Part shown: positions 1-10,188 of the stretch, piece after piece
Numbering within the stretch: the stretch's first letter is position 1
How the letters are laid out: every line of letters begins with the position of its first letter
Assembly (NCBI GenBank): GCA_048938105.1
Contig: JBHLMN010000007.1
Span: 96,001 to 160,000, forward strand
Source: Promethearchaeota archaeon
GTDB taxonomy: Archaea > Asgardarchaeota > Heimdallarchaeia > Hodarchaeales > Hodarchaeaceae
Length of the DNA: 64,000 bases
Direction of reading: 5' to 3'
The notes under the pieces: model-generated
What the model saw: only the letters and a program-made list of their open reading frames with translations
Told to the model about the DNA's origin: nothing
Database searches by the model: none
Program-made: the position numbers and the translations under genes

Positions 1-1
1 G

Positions 2-1714
2 ATACTTAGACAACAGTGGCTCACATATACCCTATTATTCGTTATAGGATTTGTTGGAGCTTTGATTGCATATTGGACATTTCCAGGTGAAGAAGGTATC
101 CAGGCTCTATTAGGATTAGCAGAAACACCATTTGCTAAGTCCATATGGGGAGAGTTGATTGCTAATCTCGATTCGGAGAATTCTGATTTCTTTCTTTACT
201 TTATTTTTCTATACTTTATAGCTTATATGGCTAACGTCTATCCTGTGGCAGGAATATGGTTAGGAGGAGCAGGAACACCAGAGGAAGTTAAATCTGGAAT
301 GGCGGACATTTTTATAGCTAGTCCTCACAGAAAAGAGAGGTTGATATTACGTCACTTAATTTCTCACATTTTTCTTCTTACTTTTTTTACAGTACTGATT
401 TATATTCTTATTCCCCTTAGTTATGAATTTTTAGGTACAAGTGTTAATTATAAAAGGGTTTTTTCAGGTTTCATTTTACTCTGGATTTCTGGAATATTCT
501 TTTTTTCTATAGCGTTCTTTGTAACCTCAACCACCTTGAGAAACGATATCGGACGTGGAATAGCTGGAATAATTTTCTTACTGTCTTTTCTCCTTACATC
601 AATAGTAAACATGAATCCAAACTATAAAGATCTAAAATATCTAAACATACTCCATTATACCAATCCTAATCCAATTCTTACTAAGGGAGAGGTACTTAAA
701 CTTGATAATTTCACGCCTCTAATAATATCCATATTTTTATTAACGCTAGGAGTGTTAATTTTCATTTCAAAAGATCTTTTACCTTTGCTAATTATCCAAA
801 ATCGGAGGATTATTAAAGAAATTGAGTCTAAAGGTGGATTTAAGCATAAATTCTCGAGTTTTCGTGAAAAAATCACCGTAAAGGACTATTTTCGACAAAT
901 AATGAATAAAATATCTCCAATATCAGCTGAACAGTGGCTTGCAGATAGAACAATTTTCATAGTTTTCTTTATCATTTGTTTTTTTGCAGCAGTCTCTATT
1001 ATTATTGGGTTCCCAACAGGAGAAGGTGGATTTACAGAAATGGCTCAGATTTACCAAAATAATCCATTTGCTAAAGCTATTGTACGTAATTCAATGGAAC
1101 AAATTCTTGAAGATCCTCTTGGACCAATTTATCCTCAATTCTATGGATATACATGGCTATATTTTTTCCCATTCATTATTATTGAAGCTGCAAGAGTTGT
1201 AGATAGAGATAATAGTGATAAAACTATTGATTTACTCCTTGGAACACCAACTAGACCAAGAAGCATTATCTTCTATCGCATATTGACAATCGTGATCGAA
1301 TTGATTATTTTGAGTTCAATAACACTGTTATTTATCATTTTTGGAGAGTTCTTTCTTGAGATTAATTCAAAGATTGTTGAACAATTGCTTGCTTTAATCA
1401 TCATCCCATTCACTTATGGAACCATTCTATGCTTTCTTATTGCAGTTGGTCTACTTCTCCCATCACCAGATAATCGGAAGAAATTGGTTTATGCTCTTGG
1501 TGTCTTGGCAATTATTTTAGTTACAATACCATATTTCAGTGAACCTCTCATGCCTCTAAGATTCCTTTCGCCTCTCTATTACATGGACCTAGTTGGACTA
1601 ATTTCTCAGGGTTACCAATTTGAACATGTAAGTTTATTAATCGTTCTTCTCGGGATTTTAATATTTTCTTTGCTTGTTATTTTCCGATCAAGTAATAAAA
1701 CAGTATATGTATAG
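2..1714 (+). CDS. ABC-2 type exporter permease with two tandem permease domains (5' end outside window)
   Basis: Frame is open from base 2 (ILRQQWLTY...). Two similar multi-TM halves (FPGEEG..PF / FPTGEGG..PF; DIFIASPHRK / DLLLGTPTRP; LNILHY / LSPLYY). Confidence 0.8.
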   Translation: MLRQQWLTYTLLFVIGFVGALIAYWTFPGEEGIQALLGLAETPFAKSIWGELIANLDSENSDFFLYFIFLYFIAYMANVYPVAGIWLGGAGTPEEVKSGMADIFIASPHRKERLILRHLISHIFLLTFFTVLIYILIPLSYEFLGTSVNYKRVFSGFILLWISGIFFFSIAFFVTSTTLRNDIGRGIAGIIFLLSFLLTSIVNMNPNYKDLKYLNILHYTNPNPILTKGEVLKLDNFTPLIISIFLLTLGVLIFISKDLLPLLIIQNRRIIKEIESKGGFKHKFSSFREKITVKDYFRQIMNKISPISAEQWLADRTIFIVFFIICFFAAVSIIIGFPTGEGGFTEMAQIYQNNPFAKAIVRNSMEQILEDPLGPIYPQFYGYTWLYFFPFIIIEAARVVDRDNSDKTIDLLLGTPTRPRSIIFYRILTIVIELIILSSITLLFIIFGEFFLEINSKIVEQLLALIIIPFTYGTILCFLIAVGLLLPSPDNRKKLVYALGVLAIILVTIPYFSEPLMPLRFLSPLYYMDLVGLISQGYQFEHVSLLIVLLGILIFSLLVIFRSSNKTVYV

Positions 1715-1717
1715 CAG

Positions 1718-1905
1718 GTATTTTGACCATACCCGTGGAATCAATGAATTCTTAGAATTTAATGACATGTCCTCTATTTTGATTTGCAACGAACAGGTAG
1801 CAAGGAACATACTAAATGGGGAGACCGATTAAAGGTCATTACAGATGGTGATGCCTTTGAATAGATTATTGAAAATCCCAAAGATTGCGGGTACGAATAT
1901 TACTA
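1718..1905 (+). pseudogene. Possible decayed metallo-beta-lactamase-fold gene fragment
   Basis: Reads YFDHTRGINEF... then, in another frame, KWGDRLKVITDGD with stops. Weak resemblance to HxDH-GG and DGD motifs. Confidence 0.25.
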
Positions 1906-2068
1906 GGATAGTAAATGTATCAGATCTGGTGACTAAAGGAATGGTCTCATCAAAAAAGAGTATAAATAAGACCACTATCCAGATGAAAATAATCTAGAAG
2001 TACGAAAAGCTTAAAATCAAGAATGCAGTGACAACGATTATTACACTTCTAGTCATGTGGGATAAACG

Positions 2069-4954
2069 TTGAAGAACAAAAATTTCGTACTAACCTTCTT
2101 ACTTCTTATCAGCTTTTATACTGGAGAATTTACACTAACTATACACTCAAATGTATCCTCTGTTGAGATAACCCAAAGGATTGCTAGTATTCATTACACC
2201 CCGCTATCTCCTATTTGGATTACTAATGACAATGATTTAAATGATTCTTTTCCTGGTATGGGTACCATAGTTGATCCCATTCGCATTGAGGGATACAATA
2301 TTACTGCTGCAAGTGGAGCGTTGATTTATATTAGCGATACAACATTTTATTTTCGCATAACTGATTGTCTTCTTAACGGATTGTCAGCTGCTTCTCAGGG
2401 AATTCATTTTCAGAATGTTGGTAATAGTACCATCAGGAACAACACCATTTCCTACTGTGGAAAAGGAATTGAGTTGAATTCTTCCTCCAATATCAGCATT
2501 ACCAATAATACACTCTTCAGTAACGTTTTCTATAATACTTATGGTATTGACATGAACTATACTTCCAACATTTCTGTTACCAACAATTCAATCTATGATA
2601 CTGGACATGATGCTATTCGGTTGTGGAACTCCGACTTTAACACCTTTACTAGCAATACGATCTATAATAACAATGCCAGTGGGTTTTCTATTAATACTGC
2701 CACTAATATTAAAGTGTTGAGCAATACAATCTATGATAACGAATTTGGGATGCACACATGTCTCTTTGATGATTCTCTCATTGCAGGGAATCTAGTTTAT
2801 GGTCATTTAGAACAAGGAATGAGGTTTTGGTCTTGTGAGAATAATACTCTTTCCGATAATACATTTTTTAATCAAGATTTTGAGGGGGTTGGCCTGTATT
2901 ATTCCGAAGAGTTTATGATTTCTAATAACACTCTTTTTAACAACTCCCGAGGGAAGATAAATCCTTGGGAAGGATCTGCAATCAGTCTCGACGACTCCAG
3001 TAATAATACCCTTATTAACAACAGAGTCTACGACAATAACAGGTCTGGAATCGCGGTTAGCCATACTGGTGAGGGTGGGAACACTCTCGTTAATAATACT
3101 GTCTACAACAATGATGGTAGTGGAATTAGGTTTATTGATGCAGATAATAATACTCTTATCAATAATAGCGTCTATTATAATAGCGGTACTGGAATAGAAG
3201 CTGTGTATAATTCTGATAATAACACCTTGATTAATAACACCGTCTACAACAATGGAGATGACGGAATTGCGGTTGGTTTAGAGTCTAGCTTTGCTTCTAT
3301 TATCAATAACACTATCTACAACAATGTTGGTAATGGGATTTTTATCTGGGACGAATTATCTAGAATGTCTGATAACAACTCTATTAAAGATAATACGATT
3401 TATGGTAACAATTGGGATGGTATTTCGATCTGGTGCTCCTCTAATAATACCATTGTGAATAATACCATCTCCAATAATCAAGAATATTCCATTCGTTTAA
3501 CAGAATCAGGAAATAATATTGTTATTGATAATAACTTCATTAATAACGGTTTCTGGATCCTTGGATACCAAATTAAAGACTATATACAAACAAAAATCAC
3601 TAATAATAACGTTAATGGTAGACCCGTCATCTATTGGCAAGATGTTCATGGTGCAACTGTCCCTTCTGATGTTGGACAAATCATCCTTGTCAATTGTCAT
3701 TCCATTGACATAATTGACCATAATTTACCTTACGCCTCAAATGGAATCATTACAGCTTATTGCACAGATTTATTCATCTCTAACAATACCCTTTCCGAGG
3801 GAGTTATTGGGATATTTCTTCATAATTCCAGTGCTACCATCATTAACAATACTATCTATAACTGCTTTTTTCTTGGTATTGATCTGCATTACTACTGTTA
3901 TAATTCTCTAATCATGAATAATACTGTTTATAACTGCGATGGTCCAATTTGTCTGTATATGTATTCAGAAAACAATTACATCTCTCATAATACCATATAT
4001 GATGGTAGTATTTATGGTGTTGGCCTCTGGGGTTATTGTAAAAATAATGTTATTCATTCTAATCATCTTAGCAATAATGACCATGGAATTACTATAAATG
4101 ACGCTTCAGATAGTAACCAAATCATGAATAATACCATTCAAAACAGCCATAATTATGGTATTAGCCTTGATTTTTGGGGTACTATCGCCTCTAACAATAA
4201 CATCATTTCTTCTAACACTATTCTCAATAATGCGGGCTATGGCATTTCTATTATGAACGAATCATCTCAAGCTAATAGAGTGGAATTGAATGTCATTTCA
4301 GGAAATAACCCAGGTGGTTCTCAAGCTGCAGATGATGGATCAACTAATGTCTTCGCGTATAACTATTGGAGTGATTGGACAAGTCCGGATACAAATAAAG
4401 ATGGAATAGTAGATCATCCCTATAGTATTGATGGTATGGCCAACAACCAAGATAATTATCCCCTGGTGGTTTCACCGACCAATCATTACGTTTTACTACC
4501 AATAATTACCTCTCCACTTGGAGGTGAAATTCTCTCAGGAAAGATCACTATATCCTGGGCTACCTCAGTGGATACTTGGGGTTATGATGTGAAGTATGAT
4601 GTCTCTTATTCAACAGATGGGGGTACGACTTGGACGTTGTTAGGAACAGACTTAACAGGTACGAGTTTTGTCTGGGATACAAAGACTGTCCCCGATGGGT
4701 CAAATTACATCCTTAAGATAGAAGCTAGTAGTTCTGGTGAAATGAATGCCGTTTTCGTCTCTTCTAGTCCATTCACTATTTCCAATTATCCAACCATACC
4801 TCCTACGACGACCATAACGTCTACTACATCCACGATTGAAACAACCACGTCTGAAACAAACCCTACGGAAACACCTGTTGCGACATCCAGCTGGCATGTC
4901 CTGCTGATGCTTCTCTCCCTGTTTGCGATGCTTTCCTTGAAAAAGCGTAAATAG
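2069..4954 (+). CDS. Cell-surface right-handed beta-helix (NosD/PbH1 repeat) protein with Ig/FN3-like domain, Thr-rich linker and C-terminal anchor
   Basis: Signal peptide; many NNTIYNN-xGI repeats; NYWSDW..D.DGIVD.PY motif; YSTDGGTTW/WDT..VPDG domain; TTT linker; TSSW-TM-KKRK. Confidence 0.9.
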   Translation: MKNKNFVLTFLLLISFYTGEFTLTIHSNVSSVEITQRIASIHYTPLSPIWITNDNDLNDSFPGMGTIVDPIRIEGYNITAASGALIYISDTTFYFRITDCLLNGLSAASQGIHFQNVGNSTIRNNTISYCGKGIELNSSSNISITNNTLFSNVFYNTYGIDMNYTSNISVTNNSIYDTGHDAIRLWNSDFNTFTSNTIYNNNASGFSINTATNIKVLSNTIYDNEFGMHTCLFDDSLIAGNLVYGHLEQGMRFWSCENNTLSDNTFFNQDFEGVGLYYSEEFMISNNTLFNNSRGKINPWEGSAISLDDSSNNTLINNRVYDNNRSGIAVSHTGEGGNTLVNNTVYNNDGSGIRFIDADNNTLINNSVYYNSGTGIEAVYNSDNNTLINNTVYNNGDDGIAVGLESSFASIINNTIYNNVGNGIFIWDELSRMSDNNSIKDNTIYGNNWDGISIWCSSNNTIVNNTISNNQEYSIRLTESGNNIVIDNNFINNGFWILGYQIKDYIQTKITNNNVNGRPVIYWQDVHGATVPSDVGQIILVNCHSIDIIDHNLPYASNGIITAYCTDLFISNNTLSEGVIGIFLHNSSATIINNTIYNCFFLGIDLHYYCYNSLIMNNTVYNCDGPICLYMYSENNYISHNTIYDGSIYGVGLWGYCKNNVIHSNHLSNNDHGITINDASDSNQIMNNTIQNSHNYGISLDFWGTIASNNNIISSNTILNNAGYGISIMNESSQANRVELNVISGNNPGGSQAADDGSTNVFAYNYWSDWTSPDTNKDGIVDHPYSIDGMANNQDNYPLVVSPTNHYVLLPIITSPLGGEILSGKITISWATSVDTWGYDVKYDVSYSTDGGTTWTLLGTDLTGTSFVWDTKTVPDGSNYILKIEASSSGEMNAVFVSSSPFTISNYPTIPPTTTITSTTSTIETTTSETNPTETPVATSSWHVLLMLLSLFAMLSLKKRK

Positions 4955-4993
4955 GGCTTTTAGAGGCTCTCATTCATTTTTTGCCATTTGGTA

Positions 4994-5470
4994 TTAATAA
5001 CCTCCACCGAGATCGACGACAAAAGCTATATCATCTTCTGTTGTCACTCCCCATGGTGATGTGACATTATCAGTCGTTCCAGCTAGCGTATAGTCTTTTG
5101 GATTTGCTACGTCAATCAGGTGGACATACCCTAGGTCACTAGCGACATAAGCTATCTCGTTTGTTGCTATATGGGCATAATTATAGCTTCTACCCGTATA
5201 ATTCCCAATTTTCGTCGGAGATGTGAGATTCTTAGTATCTATGAAGTGTAATCCTGTGCTATGATCTGCAATATATATAAGATCACCTACTATATCTACT
5301 CCCCAGACAAAACCGCCAGTATTGATTTTTGAGATTAAGGTTGGTTTTATGGGATTGTTAATGTTAATTATTTCTAACCTGTCGTTCCTGTCTGCTAGAA
5401 ACACCATATCATTTTTGATTTGGATATCAAGAAAACCAGCGGGGCCATCAACATATGAATTAGATTTACT
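4994..5470 (-). pseudogene. LVIVD-repeat (beta-propeller) protein fragment
   Basis: Repeats LEIININNP, LYIADHSTGLHFID, AYVAS..G.VHLIDVANP. Repeat-like frame continues upstream of the annotated Met (SYVDGPAGFLDIQIKND) to a TAG, with no signal peptide, and stops mid-repeat. Confidence 0.7.
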
Positions 5471-5498
5471 CTATTTAAACCCTTTACCTAAATAGAGT
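5468..5498. promoter_or_regulatory. Perfect 10-bp inverted repeat ACTCTATTTA-N11-TAAATAGAGT followed by a T-run
   Basis: Read directly; lies between the LVIVD fragment and the MFS start. Confidence 0.5.
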
Positions 5499-5560
5499 CT
5501 TTTTTAAAATTGCATATTTGGGACATTCTTCAACTTATAAACGATTTTTGAGGATCAAAG

Positions 5561-6871
5561 TTGAATGAACTTATCAACAATGAAAAGAAATCTGATACTA
5601 ACCTTAGGGGTTACTTAGTTTTCCTTATTGGACAATGGGTCTCGATTTTGGGATCAAATATTGTTGGATTTGGTATTATTTGGTTCTTAACTATCACAAC
5701 AGAGAGTGCGTTTGTACTTGGATTAGCTACTTTCTTGAATTTTGCTCCTTTTCTGATAGCAACACCTATTGCTGGAGTTTTTATAGATCGTTGGAGTCGG
5801 AAAAGAGTAATTGCTTTTGTTGATTTTATGCAAGCAGTTTTTACAGTTATTTTGATTGGTTTCTTTGTAGTAGATGTTTTCAGCCCTTTAGAGCTCGTTG
5901 CGATAATTCTAGCTTTAAATACTATTCGTGCTACGTTTGGAGCCTTCCATACATCAGCTGTGGACACGCTTCTCCCAATAATGGTACCGAAAGAGCAATA
6001 CAGTAGGATTAATGGAGTAAATTATCTTGTAAATGGTGCAATTAACATTGTTGGTCCTCTTTTGGGAGCAGTGGTTCTTGGTTTGGTTTCATTACAAAAT
6101 TTACTGTGGTTGGATGTAATAACTTTCCTAATTGCTATTGTTCCAACCTTAATTATATTCATCCCTGAAGTTAAAAAGGTGATTTTAGATGAAGGGGAAA
6201 AGCTGTCAATTAGATCGGAGTTAAGAGAAGGATTGAAATTTATTAGAGAAACACCTGGATTAATTGCACTTCTCTTTGTATTCGCTGGATCTAACTTTTT
6301 TATACCTCCCTTTTTTATTCAATTACCACTTTTTGTGACATCTATTCACTTCGGTAATGAATCTGATTTAGCTTTTCTAATGGCCTCTCAGCAAGCAGGT
6401 ATGCTTATTGGATCAACTATTATGTCTACATGGAAAGGATTTGAGAACCATGCTAGAGGAGTCGCTTTAGGTATTTTTTTGGGCTACTTGGGATTTATGG
6501 TTATGTTACTTGCACCAGTGGGATCATTTTTGGTTATAAGTATTGGTTTGTTTATAACTGGATTTGTTTTGCCAGTAGCAAACGTTTCAAGTGAAGCCAT
6601 TTGGGCTGCTACTGTACCTCGCGAGTTATTAGGAAGAGTTTATGCAGTTCGACGAACATTAGCACAAATGACCGCACCAGTAGCAATGCTATTATCAGGA
6701 ATAATAGCAGAAATCATTGGTTTGTATTCACTTTTAATGCTTTTTGTTATACTAGGAACACTAATTCTGGGATATTCATGGTTTTTCACAGAGTTATCTA
6801 ATGTTGAAAAGATCATTCAAGAAACTAAAGAGCAAGAAAGTATTGAAAAAGTGCAAAGTACACCTCAATAA
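5561..6871 (+). CDS. MFS transporter (MefA/DHA3-like efflux)
   Basis: About 12 TMs; motif A GVFIDRWSRKRV; VPRELLGRV. Confidence 0.92.
   Translation: MNELINNEKKSDTNLRGYLVFLIGQWVSILGSNIVGFGIIWFLTITTESAFVLGLATFLNFAPFLIATPIAGVFIDRWSRKRVIAFVDFMQAVFTVILIGFFVVDVFSPLELVAIILALNTIRATFGAFHTSAVDTLLPIMVPKEQYSRINGVNYLVNGAINIVGPLLGAVVLGLVSLQNLLWLDVITFLIAIVPTLIIFIPEVKKVILDEGEKLSIRSELREGLKFIRETPGLIALLFVFAGSNFFIPPFFIQLPLFVTSIHFGNESDLAFLMASQQAGMLIGSTIMSTWKGFENHARGVALGIFLGYLGFMVMLLAPVGSFLVISIGLFITGFVLPVANVSSEAIWAATVPRELLGRVYAVRRTLAQMTAPVAMLLSGIIAEIIGLYSLLMLFVILGTLILGYSWFFTELSNVEKIIQETKEQESIEKVQSTPQ
6632..6871 (+). repeat. Direct repeat copy 1 (3' end of MFS gene)
   Basis: Aligns to 8198-8440, about 86% identity by hand count. 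Confidence 0.95.
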
Positions 6872-7059
6872 CTTATTACCCAAAACATCTCCCAGCTTCT
6901 AATTGGCTTTACTCTCTTGTACTATTTATCAAGCTACTTCCATAGTAAAGTTTTTAAAGATATTTCGTTTCATAATATTTATCATTGTAAAATAATGTCA
7001 AACGTTATACGTTATACGATATCTCTAGTATAATTTTTTGAGCGATTTAAATAAGGAGA

Positions 7060-8010
7060 ATGAGAAATTTGAGAATTAAAAAGAAATTAGCAATTATGTG
7101 TATGCTGATAGGGTTGATCCTTGCATCTTCCATAAACCGAAGCTCTGCTACCCTCGTCTGGGAAGAGGATTTTGAGAATCCCCCATATAATGATTGGTTT
7201 CTCCATAGTTATTACATTTACCCATATAGTGCGGTAAATTATAATAACCTAGTTATTACTAATGGATCTTTACACCAACCAACTCCTGATGGGATGCAAA
7301 TTTTTGCTACTCATGATAGCTCAGTAGCATATGGAACTTGGAGTTTTGACGTTCAAATAGTTCCTATCGAATTATATAAAGAATTTGAAATTTATGGAGC
7401 AATGACTGAAATAATGTTCATAGGGAACTTCAAAGGTTATAGTGAACCCAAAAGCTTTAACCTGTCCGGATATGATTTCTCTCAAGTTTCTGATAGAATG
7501 AAATCATATGCCCTTTATATCATATCTGGAATATCAAGGTGGGGCTTACCTTTAAATTCAATATCATTATACCTCTGGATTGGAAGGTATTACCAATCGG
7601 ATCAACAAACCCAAAATATCTGGCAAAGTATCGGTTTTAGCGAATTTTCTTCCCCTATCAATGGTTCTCATCATATAGACATTACCCGTGGATCGGCAGG
7701 AGAATTTAAGGTCTATTTTGACTCAGAACTTCTATTTCAAGTTACTAATAATGAAATCACCACTTCAACCTTTTTTGACATTTCTACTTTTGTCGGGAAC
7801 TTAACATTCGATAATCTTACATTTTGTGATAGCGTTGGTAGTTGTCCCCCGACTACGACGACAACGACTACCATGACAACGAATACTACGACTCTGGATA
7901 CAACTCCTACCACCACAACTACTGATAGTGGAACTTTCGGGTTTGAATTTGGAGTGCTGATACTAGTTCTCATCTGTAGTGTGTTCGTTGGTCACAAACA
8001 GAAAAGATGA
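7060..8010 (+). CDS. Secreted beta-sandwich (concanavalin/LamG-like?) surface protein with Thr linker and GF-type C-terminal anchor
   Basis: Signal peptide; WEEDFE; GTWSFDV; HHIDITR..GEFKVYFD; TTTT linker; TFGFEF-TM-KQKR. Confidence 0.75.
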   Translation: MRNLRIKKKLAIMCMLIGLILASSINRSSATLVWEEDFENPPYNDWFLHSYYIYPYSAVNYNNLVITNGSLHQPTPDGMQIFATHDSSVAYGTWSFDVQIVPIELYKEFEIYGAMTEIMFIGNFKGYSEPKSFNLSGYDFSQVSDRMKSYALYIISGISRWGLPLNSISLYLWIGRYYQSDQQTQNIWQSIGFSEFSSPINGSHHIDITRGSAGEFKVYFDSELLFQVTNNEITTSTFFDISTFVGNLTFDNLTFCDSVGSCPPTTTTTTTMTTNTTTLDTTPTTTTTDSGTFGFEFGVLILVLICSVFVGHKQKR

Positions 8011-8197
8011 ACCTGGTGGTACTTCTTAAGAAAACTAAGGATAAGTTCGTATATTATTCTTGATGGAATGTCATCATCTTTTAAACTTCCTTGAGATAAT
8101 TCTCTATTTCAGCAATTTTTATTCTACCTCTTACGGAATATGCTCTATCCTTTTTTATAAATTCCTTATTGATCCGATGAATCTCCAAACTTATTTT

Positions 8198-8440
8198 GGA
8201 AGAGTTTATGTAGTTCGATGAACATTAGCGCAAATGACTTCACCAGTAGCAATGTTATTATCGGGAATTATAGCAGAAATTGTCGCTTTGTATACTGTCT
8301 TAATGCTATGTTTAATATTAGGAACACTAATTCTTGGATATTCATGGTTTTTCATTACCTTATCTAAGGTTGAGAAGATTATTCAAGAAACTAAAGAACA
8401 AGAAAAAAGTATTGAACAAGTGCAAAGTACACCGCAATAA
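8198..8440 (+). pseudogene. Direct repeat copy 2: orphan 3' end of the MFS gene with an in-frame stop (CGA>TGA)
   Basis: GRVYVVR*TLAQMTSPVAMLLSG...QSTPQ matches the MFS C-terminus. Confidence 0.92.
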
Positions 8441-8464
8441 TTTTGTACAAAAAACGTTATTTAC

Positions 8465-9979
8465 CTATCTTAATCCTAAAAAGCTACGAAGTGAAGGATT
8501 CATTTCCGCAACTTTTTCTTTACTCATCAATTCAAAGTATTGTCTCATAATACTAACAGAGAGAAGGATACCCATCCCAGAACCGATTGCCCCAAGAAAA
8601 TCCGCAAAAGCTGCAAGACAACCCATGAATAACCCACTGATTACAGCTATTGTAGGAATATACATCTCTAATCGGCGTTCAACAATCTTTTTGTTTTGAC
8701 GCCAGCCTGGCATCTGCATTCCTGATTGTAAGAACTGGCTTGCTACATCACGCGGCCCCATTCCAGCTGTTTCTAACCACATAACTGAAAAAATGACTGC
8801 AAGAATAATGAGAATGCTTGCATAAATAAAAGCACGAGCTAGGGACTCCATTGGTTTAGCAGGATTAATAACCCCAAAATCACCAATAAGTGAACGAGGT
8901 GGGGTTAAGAAATAGACAAGACCCCCTGTAGGGACATACTGATTAGAAACTTCATCAATCATGAACGTTCCTAAAAATAGGGTTAATGGATTTATAGTAT
9001 TTTGTCCATTGGGGGTAGTAATATTCCAGATTATTTGAGAGATAAAGTAGATATCAGCGAATACGGCTGAAGATAAGATGACTGGGATATTTGATACATA
9101 AAGTAGCTTAATAGGATAGGTTGAACGGATCCCCTTATATTGGGTATAAGAGATTGGAATTTCAATCCGCATTGATTCAAAATAGATCACAATGATAAAC
9201 ACAACAATAGTCGCAATGACAGAGAGGAGAGATAAGGAAGGGAGATTTACATTCTCAGATGGACTATAGCGGAAAAATAAGGCTCCTATTGCTTCAATTG
9301 GCCCTCGTTGTGTTGCCCAAGCCAAAAATGCAAAAGCAATCCCTCTCATCGAATTTACAGCAGGATCACCTAATCCTTCCTCAACGAGTTGTGCTGCAAA
9401 TAATCCTTGGAAAATTTGTAAGCCAACGCCTCCTGCAATAAAAAGGGAAATTCCTGATCCTAAACCCCACCCTTTCTGAACTATTTCATCAAGTAGAATG
9501 ATGATGATGCCTGCTGCTAATAATTGGGTAATTATTGCTAATTGATCCTCAGGTTTCAGATCAGTTCCATATGTTCCCCCAATTAAGAAAGCAGATGCTT
9601 CTATTATTGTCATTACTACTGACATGACCTTTTGGGCACCAGTATAGAGAGATCTCTCTTCTGGATCCCCCATATTTACACTGATAATTTTTGATCCAAC
9701 TAAAATTTGCATTATAAGCCCTGCTGTGACAATCGGGCCAATCCCGAGCTCGGCCAATGATCCTTGAGTTGAAGCTGTAATTGTGCGTAGATATGCAAAA
9801 GAGTCTGCTCCTTCATATTTAGCACCGATAATTGGTGTTGATGCCATTACAAAATAAATAACAAGAGCAGCAAATGTCCAGACCATTTTTTCATTAAAAT
9901 GCACCTCCCGAGTAGGTTTAGCGACTTCTGGGGTTATTGACATGAATGGCCGAACAGCTTGAAGAAACTTAGAAGTCAT
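8465..9979 (-). CDS. secY: Preprotein translocase subunit SecY/Sec61alpha
   Basis: ELGIGPIVTAGLIMQIL; LDEIVQKGWGLGSGISLFIA; YPIKLLYVSNIPVIL; GAIGSGMGILL. Confidence 0.97.
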   Translation of the reverse strand: MTSKFLQAVRPFMSITPEVAKPTREVHFNEKMVWTFAALVIYFVMASTPIIGAKYEGADSFAYLRTITASTQGSLAELGIGPIVTAGLIMQILVGSKIISVNMGDPEERSLYTGAQKVMSVVMTIIEASAFLIGGTYGTDLKPEDQLAIITQLLAAGIIIILLDEIVQKGWGLGSGISLFIAGGVGLQIFQGLFAAQLVEEGLGDPAVNSMRGIAFAFLAWATQRGPIEAIGALFFRYSPSENVNLPSLSLLSVIATIVVFIIVIYFESMRIEIPISYTQYKGIRSTYPIKLLYVSNIPVILSSAVFADIYFISQIIWNITTPNGQNTINPLTLFLGTFMIDEVSNQYVPTGGLVYFLTPPRSLIGDFGVINPAKPMESLARAFIYASILIILAVIFSVMWLETAGMGPRDVASQFLQSGMQMPGWRQNKKIVERRLEMYIPTIAVISGLFMGCLAAFADFLGAIGSGMGILLSVSIMRQYFELMSKEKVAEMNPSLRSFLGLR

Positions 9980-10188
9980 GAAGTAAACTCCAAATAATCA
10001 CTATAATGAACTTATAACATCTAAATTTTAGATAATAGCCGAATTATGAGTTACAACTTGTCATACCCTCCTTAATTTTCATTTTATAATTTTTTGGTAC
10101 AATTTCCATACTTCATTTTAGTGTTAAAGGTTGTAGTACAATTTTCTAACTAACAGAAAGTATAAAAGATAGTAATTCCTTTTCAGAT

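Noticed and set aside
2400-4300. Recurrent AATAATAC motifs as CRISPR or DNA tandem repeats
   Set aside because: They are codons of Asn-rich beta-helix repeats; there is no fixed repeat-spacer period.
6872-8197. Intact integrative element or transposon between the MFS repeats
   Set aside because: No integrase, transposase or terminal inverted repeats; only one cargo gene.
8234-8440. 68-aa ORF as an independent small membrane protein
   Set aside because: It is the duplicated MFS C-terminus; homology extends upstream through a stop codon.
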